A program made the translations under genes and the position numbers. From Lama glama (lineage: Eukaryota), in NCBI GenBank assembly GCA_028534125.1, contig CM052817.1:13704001-13768000 (forward strand): a stretch of DNA of 64,000 bases. Direction: 5' to 3'. Shown in pieces: positions 38,499-51,059 of this stretch (position 1 is its first letter; every line of letters starts with the position of its first letter). The notes beneath the pieces are model-generated. The model did no database searches. It was given only the letters and a program-made list of their open reading frames with translations, and was not told the DNA's origin.

Positions 38499-40757
38499 TT
38501 TATTTTTTAAACTTTCATTTTGAAATGATTGTAAATTCAAAGGAAGTTGCAAAGAGGTCCTGAGGACCCTTTGCCATTTTTCCCCAGTAGTTACATCTCA
38601 CAGAGTCCTTAAAGCCAAGACAGGGATTTGACATTGGCATTAACATGTGTGTAGTTGTGTGTCATTTTAGCACATATGGAGACTCATGTAAACCTACCAT
38701 TAAAGTACAGAAATACTTTATTATCACAAAGATTTCCCTGGTATTACCCTTTCATAGTCACCACCCTCCTCCCTTCCACCATCTTTAACTCTGAAAAATC
38801 ACCAGCCTCTTTTCCATCTGTGTAATTCGTCATTTAGAGAATGTTATATAAATGAAATCACGCAGCATGTGACCCTGTGAGATTGTGTTTTCATTCCACA
38901 TAATGCTTTTGAGATTCACCCTAGTTGTGGTGTGTATCAGTAGTTTGTTCCTCTTACTGCTGAGCAGCATTCCAGGGAATGGACACAGCACAGTTTGTTT
39001 GCCCACTCACCTGAAGAAGCATATTTCGATCACTTCCAGTTTGGGGTTATTAAAAATAAAGCTGTTACAAACAATCATGTACAAACTCGTGTGGACACAA
39101 GTGTTTTGTTTTTTTTCTCCTCTGGGATAGATTTAGGAGTGTAACTGTTGAGTTGAATAGTAACTGAATGTTAACTTTTTCAGGAAACTGCCCCAGCTAG
39201 ATTTCGGGGTGGCTGCACTAATTTTCATTCTCATTGTCACTATTTTTTACTTTAGCTGTTCTAATAGGTGTGTAGTGGCATGTTGTCATCTTAACTTATA
39301 ATTTCCTAATGGCTGGTGATATTCATCATATTTTCATGTGCTTCTTTACCATCCATAATTATTTTTGGTAAAATGTCTCTATGTGTCTTTTGCCCATTTT
39401 ATAATTGCATTGTTTGCTTTTACTGTTAAATTTTGAGATTTCTATATTCTACACATAAATCATTTATCAGATATGTATCAGATATATATCAAATATCTTC
39501 TCCCAGACTGTTGCTTGCCTTTTGCTCCTCTTAATAGGGACTTTCACAGAGCAAATTTATTTAATTTTGATGAAGTTTATTTACTCATTTTTTTCTAATT
39601 TTATGGATCATGTCTAAGAATGCATAGGTTCTGAAGATTTCCTCCTATGCTTACTCCTAAGAGTTTTATAGTTTTATGTTTTACATTTAAATATATGTTC
39701 TATTTTAAATTAATCTTTATATAATGTGTAAAGTTTAGGTTGAAGCTCTTTCTTTTTTCCTTTCTCTCTTTTTTTTCTTAGTGTCCAGTTTCTCCAATAC
39801 GTTCTGAAAAGATGATTCTTCCTCTATGAAAACTGCTTTTGCGCCTTTGTGAAAAATCACTTGAGCATACTCGTATGGGTCTATTTGGGGGTTCTCTATT
39901 CTGTTCCATTGATTTGTGTGTCTATCTTTCTGCCAGTACCACAGAGCCCTGATTACTGTTGCTACAAAATAAGTCTTGAAGTCAGGTAGAATGATCCCAC
40001 CCACTTTATTCTTCCTTTCAAAAGGACCTTAAGCACTGTAGTTTCCCTGACTTCCTATGTAAATTTTAGGATGATATTGCCTATGTGTACAAACCTCCTG
40101 CTGGGATTTGAATAGAAATTGTGTTAAGCCTATATATGAATCTGGGGAGAACTGACATTTTGCCACGCTGTGGCCTCGTAGCCTGATGCCTCTGCAAGTG
40201 TTTAGATCTTCTTCAGCTTCTTTCATCAGTGTATTTTAGTCGTCAGTCAGATGTCACTGGATGTCCAGGCTCCCCATGTTGTCCCCACTGCCACTGTAAG
40301 GGTTGGGGTTCCCCGCTGGGCCTTCTCCAACACCACCCTGGTGTGTTAGGGTAACTTACTACAGCCTACTGACAGTAGAAGTCTAGGCTGTCCACTAGTC
40401 TTCTGCTGGTATGGTTGGGAGTGGGGCCAAAGCGTTTTTGGTGGTGTTTGGCTGGAGTGGAACTGTTGCCTGAAATGCTTCTGTTTTGCTTGGGTGCCCC
40501 TGACCTGCTTCTTCGGCTAAAGAGAGCAAGTTTGCTTCGGGCTTCTTTTGTCTGCAGCTATTGGTGGCTCCAAGTTGCTGGGTTCCTCACTGTGTCATTT
40601 CTTGAGTCCTGTGGTCCTGCTAACTAGTCTGCTTTCTACTCTACCTCTATTAGAATCTGCTTCGGTTTGTTACATACATAGTCCAGGATTTTCAGCTGTA
40701 CCAAACAAGAGGAACAGGGGAAAGTACATGTACTCCTTCTTTCTGGAAGCAGAAGTT
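38499..40757 (-). mobile_element. Old LINE-1 (L1MC/L1MD-like): 3' UTR plus ORF2 C-terminus (38499-40245) joined to an L1 5'-end segment (40258-40757)
   Basis: ORF2 peptide GGIILPDFKTYFVATVIRALWYWQKDRHTNQWNRIENPQIDP (39735-40004, minus strand). Antisense 3' UTR aggaagttgcaaa...ttccccagtagttacatct. The GC-richer distal part ends tactccttctttctggaagcagaagt, like an antisense L1M 5' start. Confidence 0.88.
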
Positions 40758-41099
40758 GGAAGTTATCTCTTTTCAATGTGTGCTTCTACTCCCTGCTTTA
40801 TCAGAGGGGGAATACAAAAGGCTGGTATTAACCTCACTGCACTTATGAGAAAATAGGACAAATCAGTGCCTTATCCAATTGTATCTGGTCAGTTTGTGTA
40901 TGGTACTAATCTTTGTACCAAATGTGCAGATTTTTAAAGATTAATCTCTCTTGATTTGAATACCATGGCCATTATGTTATTTAAAAAATCATATAATGCC
41001 TGGGCTATTCTGAATCCAAGTAGAAGTTAGAAAATACGCTAACTTTGGGTTTACTGTCCATATCTCAATACTACATGGAAATATGCCAGTTGGAGACAT

Positions 41100-41330
41100 G
41101 TTCCTGAGTTCTGACAGAAGATTGAAGAGTCCTGGTTCTTCTAGTGTCTTGTTATTTTTCTTAGAACCAGGCACTTAACTTTTCTGGATGTCCATTTCCA
41201 AAACTGTAAATGAGTGGTGATAACACCCACTTTGCCTATTTCTGAGAGCTACTGTAAATAAGGATCAAATGAGATAGCATATGTACAAATATTTTATAAA
41301 CTGTTAAGCTGTTTATTGGTGTAAAATGTT
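41100..41330 (+). mobile_element. MIR SINE
   Basis: cacttaacttttctggatgtccatttccaaaactgtaaatg...aggatcaaatgagatagcatatgta. Confidence 0.7.
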
Positions 41331-41699
41331 ATTTTCATCTCCATCATTAACACTCAAATAGTTTCAAATATTCTCCTCATTCAGCAGAATGGAAAGCAAT
41401 AAAATGAAAAAAATGACATGCTTAAGGAGGGAAATAACAGCAGTCATAAGAGCAGGCAATGCAAATATAATAGACTGAATAAATTCAGGATTTATTTTGT
41501 AAGTCTGTGGTATTACATACACAAAGTTGCGATGTGATAAAGAATTGCATGTGATATAAAAAAAGGAAATTAGTGATGAGATTTATGTTTCCAGAAATTA
41601 AAGATTAGATTTGTTATCCAGTGAAGTTTAAAGACACAACATGAAGAAAGAGGACAAGAGTCCACTTCAATTCCCATTTCATTCCAACAAGAGACAGCT

Positions 41700-42075
41700 G
41701 TAACTATCAGCCGATCTCTGAAACACACGCTGAGCTCCCCGTGCCATCATTCCCCTTCATTCCATCCTACCCAGTCTTCAGCAGTGTACCAACATCCTCA
41801 CCTCTCCTCTGAACTTTCTCCGACAATTCCAGCCCACTCTACTCTCGTCCTTCTCTGAAATCTTAATGCTCTTATAGCCTGTACCACAAAATCAGGCACT
41901 TAATTACATATTGCCCTGTACTGTTTTCTAATTGTGTCACGGCCACCTTCTCTCCCATGCTAGCTTGTAATTTCTCAGCCAAGGACTAAGTCTCACGTGT
42001 TTCTGTTTCTCGTTTAGCATTTAGAAAATACAGGCATGTAATAGGTGCTCATAGAATAATTGTTAATTGACTAAA
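41700..42075 (+). mobile_element. L2 LINE 3' fragment
   Basis: Ends gtaataggtgctcatagaataattgttaattga, the L2 terminus. Confidence 0.65.
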
Positions 42076-42789
42076 TGACTTTTCTAGGCTCATTGTAACT
42101 CTTTCACTCTACAATATGAAAGAAGCACAGAAAACAAGACCAAAGATGACTATGTCATGACCCCCAAATGACGAAGTCATTCAGTATACCCAGACTCCGA
42201 CAGCTACTGAGACGTCTTGTTGACAGAGTAAACACTAGTGGTAAATTAAAAGGCTATCCAGAACAGCTCCCATACATTTTGAATTTGAGAGTGAGTTATC
42301 ACTATCTAATAAGTAAACTAGTTTTAAAAAAATATTTGAGTTTTATTCCACCATTCACTTAAGTTGTGTTGGCATCAACCCTTTGGTATCCATTGCCTCA
42401 AAGTAAATCAAGAGGATCAGAAGAGTTAATTCGTGATGGAATGTTATTTCACACATGCATTGGATCCCACAGGCAAAGACAAGAGGATTTGATTTAGGAA
42501 GTTTTTGATTCTTGGAAAATTCTATAAAGTTCTTTTTATCTCATTAAAAAAAAAAGTGCACATCTTTGAGGAAGTTACCACTGGGATTTTGGAAATCATC
42601 TAGTCTAGCCTTTTCATTTATAGACCAGAAGCCCCAGAAGTTACATAACAATGCTTAGTGTCACAAGGGTCCCTTTACAAATTCATAGAGAGTTCAAAAA
42701 ACATTGTCTTTTTTACTACTTTTCTCTTTTATCTGCTAGTATTTAGATAAGCACCTTACAGCCAAAATTGACATTTTTTGTAATCAGAG

Positions 42790-43000
42790 TGTTAGGCGTT
42801 TAAACTCTGGATTTGTTACTTAGTAATTATGTGACTCTAAGTAAATCTAATGGCTTCAGTTTCCTCATGGGTAAAATGGATAAAGTGATATTTATTTCTC
42901 AGGATTCCTTTTCAGAATTAATTATCTCATAAGAAATGTGCTTAGCACTACTCAGAAAAATACAGAAGATCATAAAGAATAAGTTACTCTATGGGAGCCA
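42790..43000 (+). mobile_element. MIR SINE
   Basis: ggcttcagtttcctcatgggtaaaatggataa. Confidence 0.7.
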
Positions 43001-44372
43001 TTCTTCTTTATCATAATGTAATAATAATGTAACCATCATTCTTGTTAACCTCATCTTTAGAGTAGGACACATATTATTGATTCAAATGTAATAAAATTCA
43101 TTTTATTTTAGAGATTTTAGAACCAGACCAAGATGCCATAGTAGCCCAGAAGATGACACATCATAAAACCTAAGTATCAGAAAGCATGCTTAGAGGAGAT
43201 GATTCTTATTATGAGTCTTAAAGATTAAAAGAGAGTCACCCATGGAGATAAGATGTTTGGATATATTTAGATTATAGATACATTTATCAGGAGGGAATAT
43301 GGCTGAGTGGAGAATATGACATTAGGACATTAGTGAAAGTTATTTCAGTAAAATAACGATGTGTGTTAGGAGAGATAGGGCAGATGGAATTCATTTAAAA
43401 AAAGTCACACTTTGTGATTAACTGGAATGAGTCAATTACAGAGGAGAAAGAGGCAAGGATGATTCTCAAGTGTTTAGTTTGGGTAACTAAGTAGACAGGG
43501 AAACGATGAGGTTACTTTGGGCTAGGATGAACTTGAGATGTATTATGGGGAAATACTTCTTCCTACTTCTCACATGTCCTGCCAGGAAGAGAAAATTCCT
43601 CTAGTGTAATACTTCTGGCTTCTTTCTCTCCCGTTACTCACTCTGTCCCTGGGGAGATGAATGATAGTTTTGATTGGTAAAATTGAAAAAGTAACATAGA
43701 CCGAGTTACTCCTCCATTAGGAAGGAACTTGTCTGTGTAGAACATGGTCTCTTCTCGATTACTCCATTCTGTAGACTTCTAAGGTTATGTAGGAGCCTGC
43801 CCTTTGGAGAACAAACTTCCCCAGTCCAGACTAATCTGCGGTTTGTATTAGCAGTCCCACTTACCCATATTTGTAAGTCACGTGCCCCAACCTAATCATG
43901 GTTTGACTTTCATCTTTACTCCATGTGTCTCAGATCTCTTAGCACTAAAGCAGGAAAAAGAAGTGTACCTTACTGGAGACTCTTCAAAGACCATGACAAG
44001 GCCATCTTCCTGAAAATCTCCATGGTTTCAACAACACATTTAAGACCCTCTTTTGGCATCTCATACAACTGACTCATTTAAATGTTTAAATATTGAGCCA
44101 ATTATAATATAAGCATGCCGTATGTTTTTATATCCCTCCACTGTACATAATAAATGTTAATAGGTATCTATGGAGTTTGCATATTTCAAATTAGGAGGGG
44201 AAATAATTATCCTGACTTAAAAGATTACTTTTGAGAGATGGAGAGATATTAATTTATTGAATTCCTCTTTAGTAGTTTGTGAACTGCCCCCTCTCAAATT
44301 CTGCCAAAGTGGATTGCCTTTCCCTTAATAGATCTTTCTCCTTCTTACCAGTGAACTTAAGCTCATGTTCTA

Positions 44373-44898
44373 TGTGGTAGGCAGAATAATAAACCTCTAA
44401 CCTTTACCACACCTTAATTCCCAAACCCTGTGAATATGTTGTTGCATGGCATGGGGGAATTAAGGTTGAAGATGAAATTAATGTTGCTAATCAGCTGACT
44501 GTAAATTAAGAAGATTATTCTGGACTATCTGGATGGCTCCACTGTAATCACAAGAGTCCTTATAAGTGAAAGGGGGAGGCAGGAAAGGAAGAGTCAGAGT
44601 CAGAGAAGAAAATGAGACAACAGAAGCAAAGGGGAAAATTATGCAATTGACTTTGAACATAGAAGGAAGACACAAGTCTGGCGATGTGGACAGCCTCTGG
44701 AAACTGGGAAAACCAGCAAAAACAGATTCTTACATAGAGACTTCAGAAAGGAATGTGCCCTGATGACATCTGATTTTAGCCCATGAAACCCATTTCAGAA
44801 TTCTGAACTGAAGAACTATAAGATAATTACTGTGCCTTGTTTTAAGCTGCTAAATTGATGGTGGTGATGTGTCATAGCAGCAACAGAAAACTAATGCA
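44373..44898 (+). mobile_element. MLT1D-type MaLR solo LTR
   Basis: tgtggtaggcagaataat...gttgctaatcagctgac...agattattctggactatctggatgg...cagcaacagaaaactaatgca. Confidence 0.92.
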
Positions 44899-44984
44899 CT
44901 CAGTAACTCACCCCACCAGTTCTCCCTCTCTTCTCTGAGTAGCAATTTGTAAATGGACCGACTCCCACCCAGACTGCCAGAGAC

Positions 44985-45170
44985 GAACCTTGGCTTCTCC
45001 ACCGCTCCACTTGCTCCCTCTATGACCACAGGCAAGTTATGTAACTTTGGTGCCACTATTCCCTTACCTGTAAAATGAGGTTTATAGGGCTGTTGAATAG
45101 AATAAATGAGTTATTACATGGGAAAGCACTTAGAATAGTACGCACATAGTAAACACTATAACATGCTATT
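44985..45170 (+). mobile_element. MIR SINE
   Basis: ggcaagttatgtaac...ccttacctgtaaaatgagg...aataaatgagttattacatgggaaagcacttagaatagt. Confidence 0.8.
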
Positions 45171-46671
45171 ATACAGTATTATATCTACTTCTACAAATTT
45201 TTTCATAACCAATTCAAATCTCACATCTTCCATTAAAAGTATCTATCCTGTCTCTTCCTTTTCTGGATAATAAGATCTCTCTTCCTTAAATTCACAGAAG
45301 GCTTTATCTTTACAATATTTTATATCACTATGGTACTTTAAATTTTATTTACTCACTTTTGTACATGTTGAATTGTCTCTTCTAAGATATAAGATCCTAC
45401 AAAAAGTCACTGATATGTGTTTTGTTTGTTTATTTTACTTTATTTATTTTAATCTCGTTATTTCCATTGTTTCTAAACCAGTGTCTTGCATATTATAGGC
45501 ACATAATAAACATCCTTTGAGCTATCAGTAGGATCCACTTGTACCAGTTTCAAGAAACAAACTGAATCACCCACCATTTAGCCAAGCAACACCCCTACAA
45601 AGTATTAGTCAAAGCCTGAAAGAGTGTCACTAAATTAATAAAATATATTCTCTGAAAGTATTTAGGGGGGGTTCAACACTTGTTAATACAGCTGCTCTAT
45701 ATGTTCAACTTTAATTTAAATCCCATGTCGGATCAAGTATGCTTTTTAAAATTACTAGCCCATAAAGCCTGTTTTCTCCAGTCTACTCTGCAGATTATTA
45801 CTTTGATAGGGAAGTATGACGCACTGTGAGGGCTGAATTTAGTTCAGTGCAAAGACTTGCATGGCGTTAGCATTTCTGAGCTTCTAGGACCTCTCCATTC
45901 AGACTGTAGTCTGTTGTTATAAAGTTGACTACAAAGACTTTTCTGATGGCAATGGTCAAATCATTAGTGTTTCACAAATAGAATGAAAACAAATACAAAC
46001 GTAATTGCCACAGGAATCAATATTTTACGTTCTAAAATTAAAATTCCCATTAGCAGTTATGTTCATTTTTTAGATATATCTATAGTTGATGTCAAAACAT
46101 TGGTAATTATTGTTGGGTTATTATATTTTGGCATGGCATAAGGAATAAAATCCAATTAGGGTCAATTGCCATTAACTTTGGTGGTATTTTTTGTAATTAC
46201 TCTCTCAACAGTCACAAATTTTGTTAAAACTGTGGAAGAAGAAGTTATTTATTGAGGGAGGAAAACTTAAATCTTCTAAACAATGCAAACTCTTATTTAG
46301 AAGCTCTAATAAGAATGCCAGCTCACAAGGTTCTGTTTTTGTGACATTACTTTGAAATTCCAGTATAATATTCGACAAAATACTACAGACATACAAAAGA
46401 CAAAAACAAGTCTTTACTTAACATCATATGCTATACTGAGGAGCGCAATTCATTCTAATGAAGAGATCACTGACTTTGGGAGGGTAATTAGGGATTTTTT
46501 AATATAAAACAGAAAAACACAGTGCCTCATATGTTAAGATATTGAAGACAATCTTTGAAAATAGCATACTTTATAAATGAAGGAGCCATGGCTTCAGTTT
46601 GCAAACTTTTCAAAGTTCTATGTCAAATGAAGAGATAAATTTTCCCTTCTGATGCCACTAATTTCACACTC

Positions 46672-46796
46672 AAAAATTAATTCTCCTTCTTGCTGCAAAT
46701 GTCATTATGTGTAGTTTACTGTAGAGGAACCATACCATAATAACGGTGTTTAAAAAGAAAAAAATAATGTGGTCTCAAAAAAAATTAATTCTCCTT
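46672..46796 (+). mobile_element. Short retroposed insertion with A-tail and 17-bp TSD
   Basis: AAAAATTAATTCTCCTT occurs at 46672-46688 and again at 46780-46796. The insert starts at 46689 and ends in an A run (46777-46784). Confidence 0.85.
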
Positions 46797-46835
46797 TGAA
46801 AAGCTAGATGCTATCATAGATATGCAATCTACTCT

Positions 46836-47012
46836 TTTTTGATGTTGTTATTGAAGTAGAATTGACTTATTTTATTGATTTCAAATGTACAACAGAGTGA
46901 TTCAATATTCTTATACATTACAAAATGATTTAGTTTCATATGTCACCATGTCATGATATTGACTGCATTTCCTAGGCGGTACATCGCATCTATCCTTGTG
47001 ACTTGTTCTTTA
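46836..47012 (-). mobile_element. LINE-1 3' UTR fragment (laurasiatherian type)
   Basis: ttattgaagtagaattgactta...tttcaaatgtacaacagagtgattcaatatt is an antisense L1 3' terminus. Confidence 0.75.
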
Positions 47013-47815
47013 TGTCTACTCATTTTAGTGGGTCTGAATTGACCTGCTAGTGCAGAAACTGACCTTCTCAGATTCTAGCCTTTGGTGTGAGTGAACTTTA
47101 AAAATTTCTCATTTGTAGTTTCAAAGTAACTGTAATGATTTTTTTTTCTCATGCTGATTTTTAAGTGTTTAAAGGAAATGAGAGTTGATGGCTCATCAAG
47201 GCACAGGAGACTCCCCTAAGAGTTGCCAACTCCCATTTTGAGATTGCATTAGCCAAACACTTCCATTTCCACTGGAGGATGTTATTAGGGGCACTTAAGC
47301 AAAGACAGCTACTAAGAGCAAAAACACCCCAGAGATTTTTCTGTAAAGACTTTGTTGTACTCTTTGCCCTATATTTTAACGTGATATATCACTCAAAGAG
47401 CAACCCCATTAACAGATCATTTGGACTATTATGAATTACAATGAATGCAAGCCTCTGATATTCTAACCCAACAACTTGCTTTATTATAGCAATATCACAG
47501 AAGTCTGTCTTAAAGAGCATTCTTACTTACTCTTCTCTTGGACACCACTGAGATTTACAATGTCTGGGGCAAGAGACATAAGTAATAATGCCTTACAGAA
47601 AAAAAAAATTTAAACTGTTATATAAGGTCATTATTAGAAATAAAGAAATGACAAGAAATGAGTTAAGCCAAGACTACTAATTCAATTAGAGCTGAAGAAG
47701 ATGGCTCTAAATCTGGTCTTCCCTTTAAAAAAAAATAGTGTTTATAGCTAATGTGAACTAAACACTTTTGAGAGAAATGACTGTGGAATTCCTGTGTGCC
47801 ACACTCTGTGCCACA

Positions 47816-47849
47816 ATATAGATAGATATAGATATAGATAGATAGATAG
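47816..47849. repeat. Imperfect (GATA)/(GATATA) microsatellite
   Basis: Direct reading. Confidence 0.85.
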
Positions 47850-48180
47850 GAAGAAAGAAATGATTTCATGTAAGTGCTAAAGTAACTCTGCATTTTAGAC
47901 ATCGTCACTGCCACTTTAAAGATACTCCCAGAATAGCATAGCCAGTAAGTCATCTAAGTGGCATTTGAATACAGGTCTCATCGATTTCAAAGTCTGTGGT
48001 CTTCATTCTATCCCATCGGTCATCCTTTTGTCCTCTTCTTTACTTCTCTGTTTCTTACTCAGGCAAAGGTAGGAATTGATTGCAGGTGAAGACTCTTCTT
48101 AGCCCCAGCAGATCTTTTTATCCTTAAGGAGGATCATACTCACTCTCTCTCTCTCCTTCCTTCTCCCCTCAAACAGCTAG

Positions 48181-48678
48181 CCTTTGAGTGAATCGTGTCC
48201 TGCCCCCTCCCCCAAAAGATATGCCCAGGTCCCAGAAGCTGTGACTGGTACCTTATTCAGCAAATGGGTCTTGGCACATGTGAGTAAGTTAAGGATCTTA
48301 AGAGGAGGAGCTGATTGTGAAGTATCCCAATAGGCCCTAAACGCAATCATACGTACTCCTGTAAGACTGAAGGAGGCATCTGTGTCCCTCTGGGTTTCTT
48401 GGTCCAGAGGGACACAGATACACAGGAGCGGGGGAGGTGATGCAACCACAGAGCCAGAGCCTAGAGTAAGGCAGTCATTAGCCAAGCAGAATCTGGAGCC
48501 ACTAGAAGCCAGAAGGGACGAGAAACCGATTGTCCCCTGAGACTCTGGCGGGCATGTGGCCCTGCTGACTCCTTAATTTCAGACTTCTGGCTTCCATATT
48601 GGTGAGAGAATAAGTTTCTGTTGTTGTGAGCCAGCTAGTTTATAGTAATTTGTTACAGCAGCCACAGAAACTAATATA
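48181..48678 (+). mobile_element. MLT1C/D-type MaLR solo LTR
   Basis: ccccaaaagatatgcccaggtcc...taagttaaggatc...ttcagacttctggcttcca...ttgttacagcagccacagaaactaatata. Confidence 0.9.
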
Positions 48679-50319
48679 ACTCCCCTCTTTTAAATTCTGA
48701 AATTGGTGGCAGGGGAAATCGCAATGTAAACACAGCACAATGCTGACTTCTAGCCTGTGAAATAATAGGAAATACAGATATACTTCAGGAAATATGGGCA
48801 CATTTTACCTCTGCATAAGCCTATAAAGCTCCTGATGGTTACACAGTCTGTCTTTTCCATCTTCCCGTCCCCCAAGGTAATCATCTGATTGCTGGAACAT
48901 TGTGATCAATAGATATTAGTTGAGCAAATCAACCTGGCTTTGCAGTTGCTCCAGCAGAACTGGAACATTTCGGGAAGGAGTAAAAGGTCATTTATCCTGA
49001 GAGAAGTGTTAATTCTTGCCTGAATTCTCTTGGACATGTTAACACCTGCTCTCACATGCACTTTCAGTCCATCCGCATGTCAGAACTAGCCAGCCTTTGC
49101 AGGAAGAAGAAAAGAAGAGGTGAGAGATGCCATGGTGAGTGTGGAGAGTCTCGGGGTGGGTGTTGATCATGACTTAAGTCATCAAAGGTGAACTCATACA
49201 TATTTTATTATATTAAAATAGATTTTTTTTCAGAAATCTTTAAAATGTGAGAGAAATGGGGATGGCAGGGCATACATAAATCTAAATGGCATTGCATTGG
49301 AACATTCTCCCATACTAGTTAGAAAGTTAGCAGAAATCAAACCAGATCTAAGAATAGATTGGGTGATTTTCAGTGTGGATCCTCCACGCCCAGGCAGCTA
49401 ATTGGCCCGAATGCACCAGGTCCATCACGCTGGGGTGTTCACTAGTGGGTGTCTGGCAGGACCGGCTATCAAGTATTTTAACATCATTTCAATTCATCCC
49501 TTTTCTCTAGAATAGAGATTCCCTTCTTTGTGTCTCCAGTGTTGTGGCTCCCATCCCTGCCCATTTGGATCCTCGTTTCCCAGTTGGGGTCCAAAGTAGC
49601 CTCTTCAGAGGCCTCTCTTTCTACAAAAATGTCCCCTGCCACTTATTCTCAACAGAAAATTTCTGGAAACACAATCCAAGTATACAACTCCTTTATTAAA
49701 ATACATAAATACATAAAGAAAACATACAGAAAAATTTACCACGAGTGGCTTCCTGTCACCTGCAGGATTAAATATAGATCTTGTTTTATATATATGTACA
49801 ATGACATACATATGATTATAGTACACATATGCGTGTACACATTTACATATATTAAACCTATACTATATAATAACTATAGTATAGAAATAATAATGATATC
49901 AGTAGTAAACTGTATGTTCTCTATTTTAATTTTAACCCCATCTACATCTACAGTTTCCTCTGCTTCTCCTTCGGAGTCTACTTGTAGTCATTACATTTCT
50001 CATGGCTTTTTGAAATCACCAACTTTCTGGCTCTATAATAAGATAAAATCTCTTCCATCCCTTCTCATTGTCCATAAGATAAGACCCAGTACTCTCTGGC
50101 CTCATCTATCTCAGAGCCCTATCTTTCATCACTCTCTCTCCCTCTCTGTGTTCCAGCACTACTAACCTTTCCAACACTCAAATGTGTCAGGAAGCAGGCT
50201 TGGAATAACTTCTCCCTCGTCCATCTGTGGAGTGTGTCCAGTAGGGACACACTGGTGAGGCCAAACCAGCAGACATCTATTCTGGTTAATCAGACATCTG
50301 CTGTCATTTGAGTGGTTGG

Positions 50320-50808
50320 TTTGGGCTTGCAAAAGTCAGAGTCTGAGATAAGGAACTGGATACAAGTAGTTTATTAAGGAGGTGATCACAGGGAACAAGA
50401 GGGAGGAAGCAGTGAGAGTGATACAGGGATGGATAAAAAATAACACAAATGTGCCTTGACAAGGTATTTGCTGAGGGATCAGAAGCTCAAATATGCTAAT
50501 ATCTCTGAGATGCCTATGAAATGCTACTGGATTTATCCAGAAAGATAACGCTTTGATCTCCCACCAATGACTGGGTTTGTTGACTTCTCTCCACTTCTAG
50601 GCGATACTTGTACAGTCAGGCTAAGGGAGCTCCAGTGACGTAACCCTAGGCCAGGAAGCTGACTCAGAAAGATACACAGTGAGCAATGAGGTAAAACCCT
50701 GAGCTTACAAGGTGAGTCTGAGCTCCTGCGGAATTGCCCACCAGACCTTTGCTAAGGTGAGAGATGGTCTGAGAGAGGTGATGTAGGCACTGGAGGAGTC
50801 TACTGTAA
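50320..50808 (-). mobile_element. LTR16/LTR33-like ERVL LTR
   Basis: cagagtctgagataaggaactggatacaagtagtttattaaggaggtgatcacagggaac is the antisense LTR16-type 3' end. Confidence 0.7.
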
Positions 50809-51059
50809 AACTGGTGCTATAATGATGATTAAAATTTTAAAACATTACATTTGCCGTGATATATGTTAGTCCTTTATCCCAGGAATCTCTTACTCCTTTT
50901 GAAAACTCCTCATATCCTTGAAGATTTAAATCAATGTCACCGCCTGTGACATATGACTGGTTTGCTTCTCGTAGGGATTCTCCCCATCTCCCGATAATAG
51001 TGTGAGCTGGGCTCATGGGATTTGAGCACATATTATGTGCTCAACATCCATCACCTCTG

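Noticed and set aside
40890..40932. G-U-rich hairpin as a possible pre-miRNA
   Set aside because: The stem is too short, relies on wobble pairs, and matches no mature miRNA I recognise.
49169..49182. 14-bp palindrome ATGACTTAAGTCAT
   Set aside because: 7-bp arms are expected several times by chance in 64 kb.
49530..50165. Longest ORF (211 aa, + strand)
   Set aside because: Non-ATG start. It runs through L2-like and AT-rich low-complexity sequence, with I/Y/S-biased composition and no recognisable domain.
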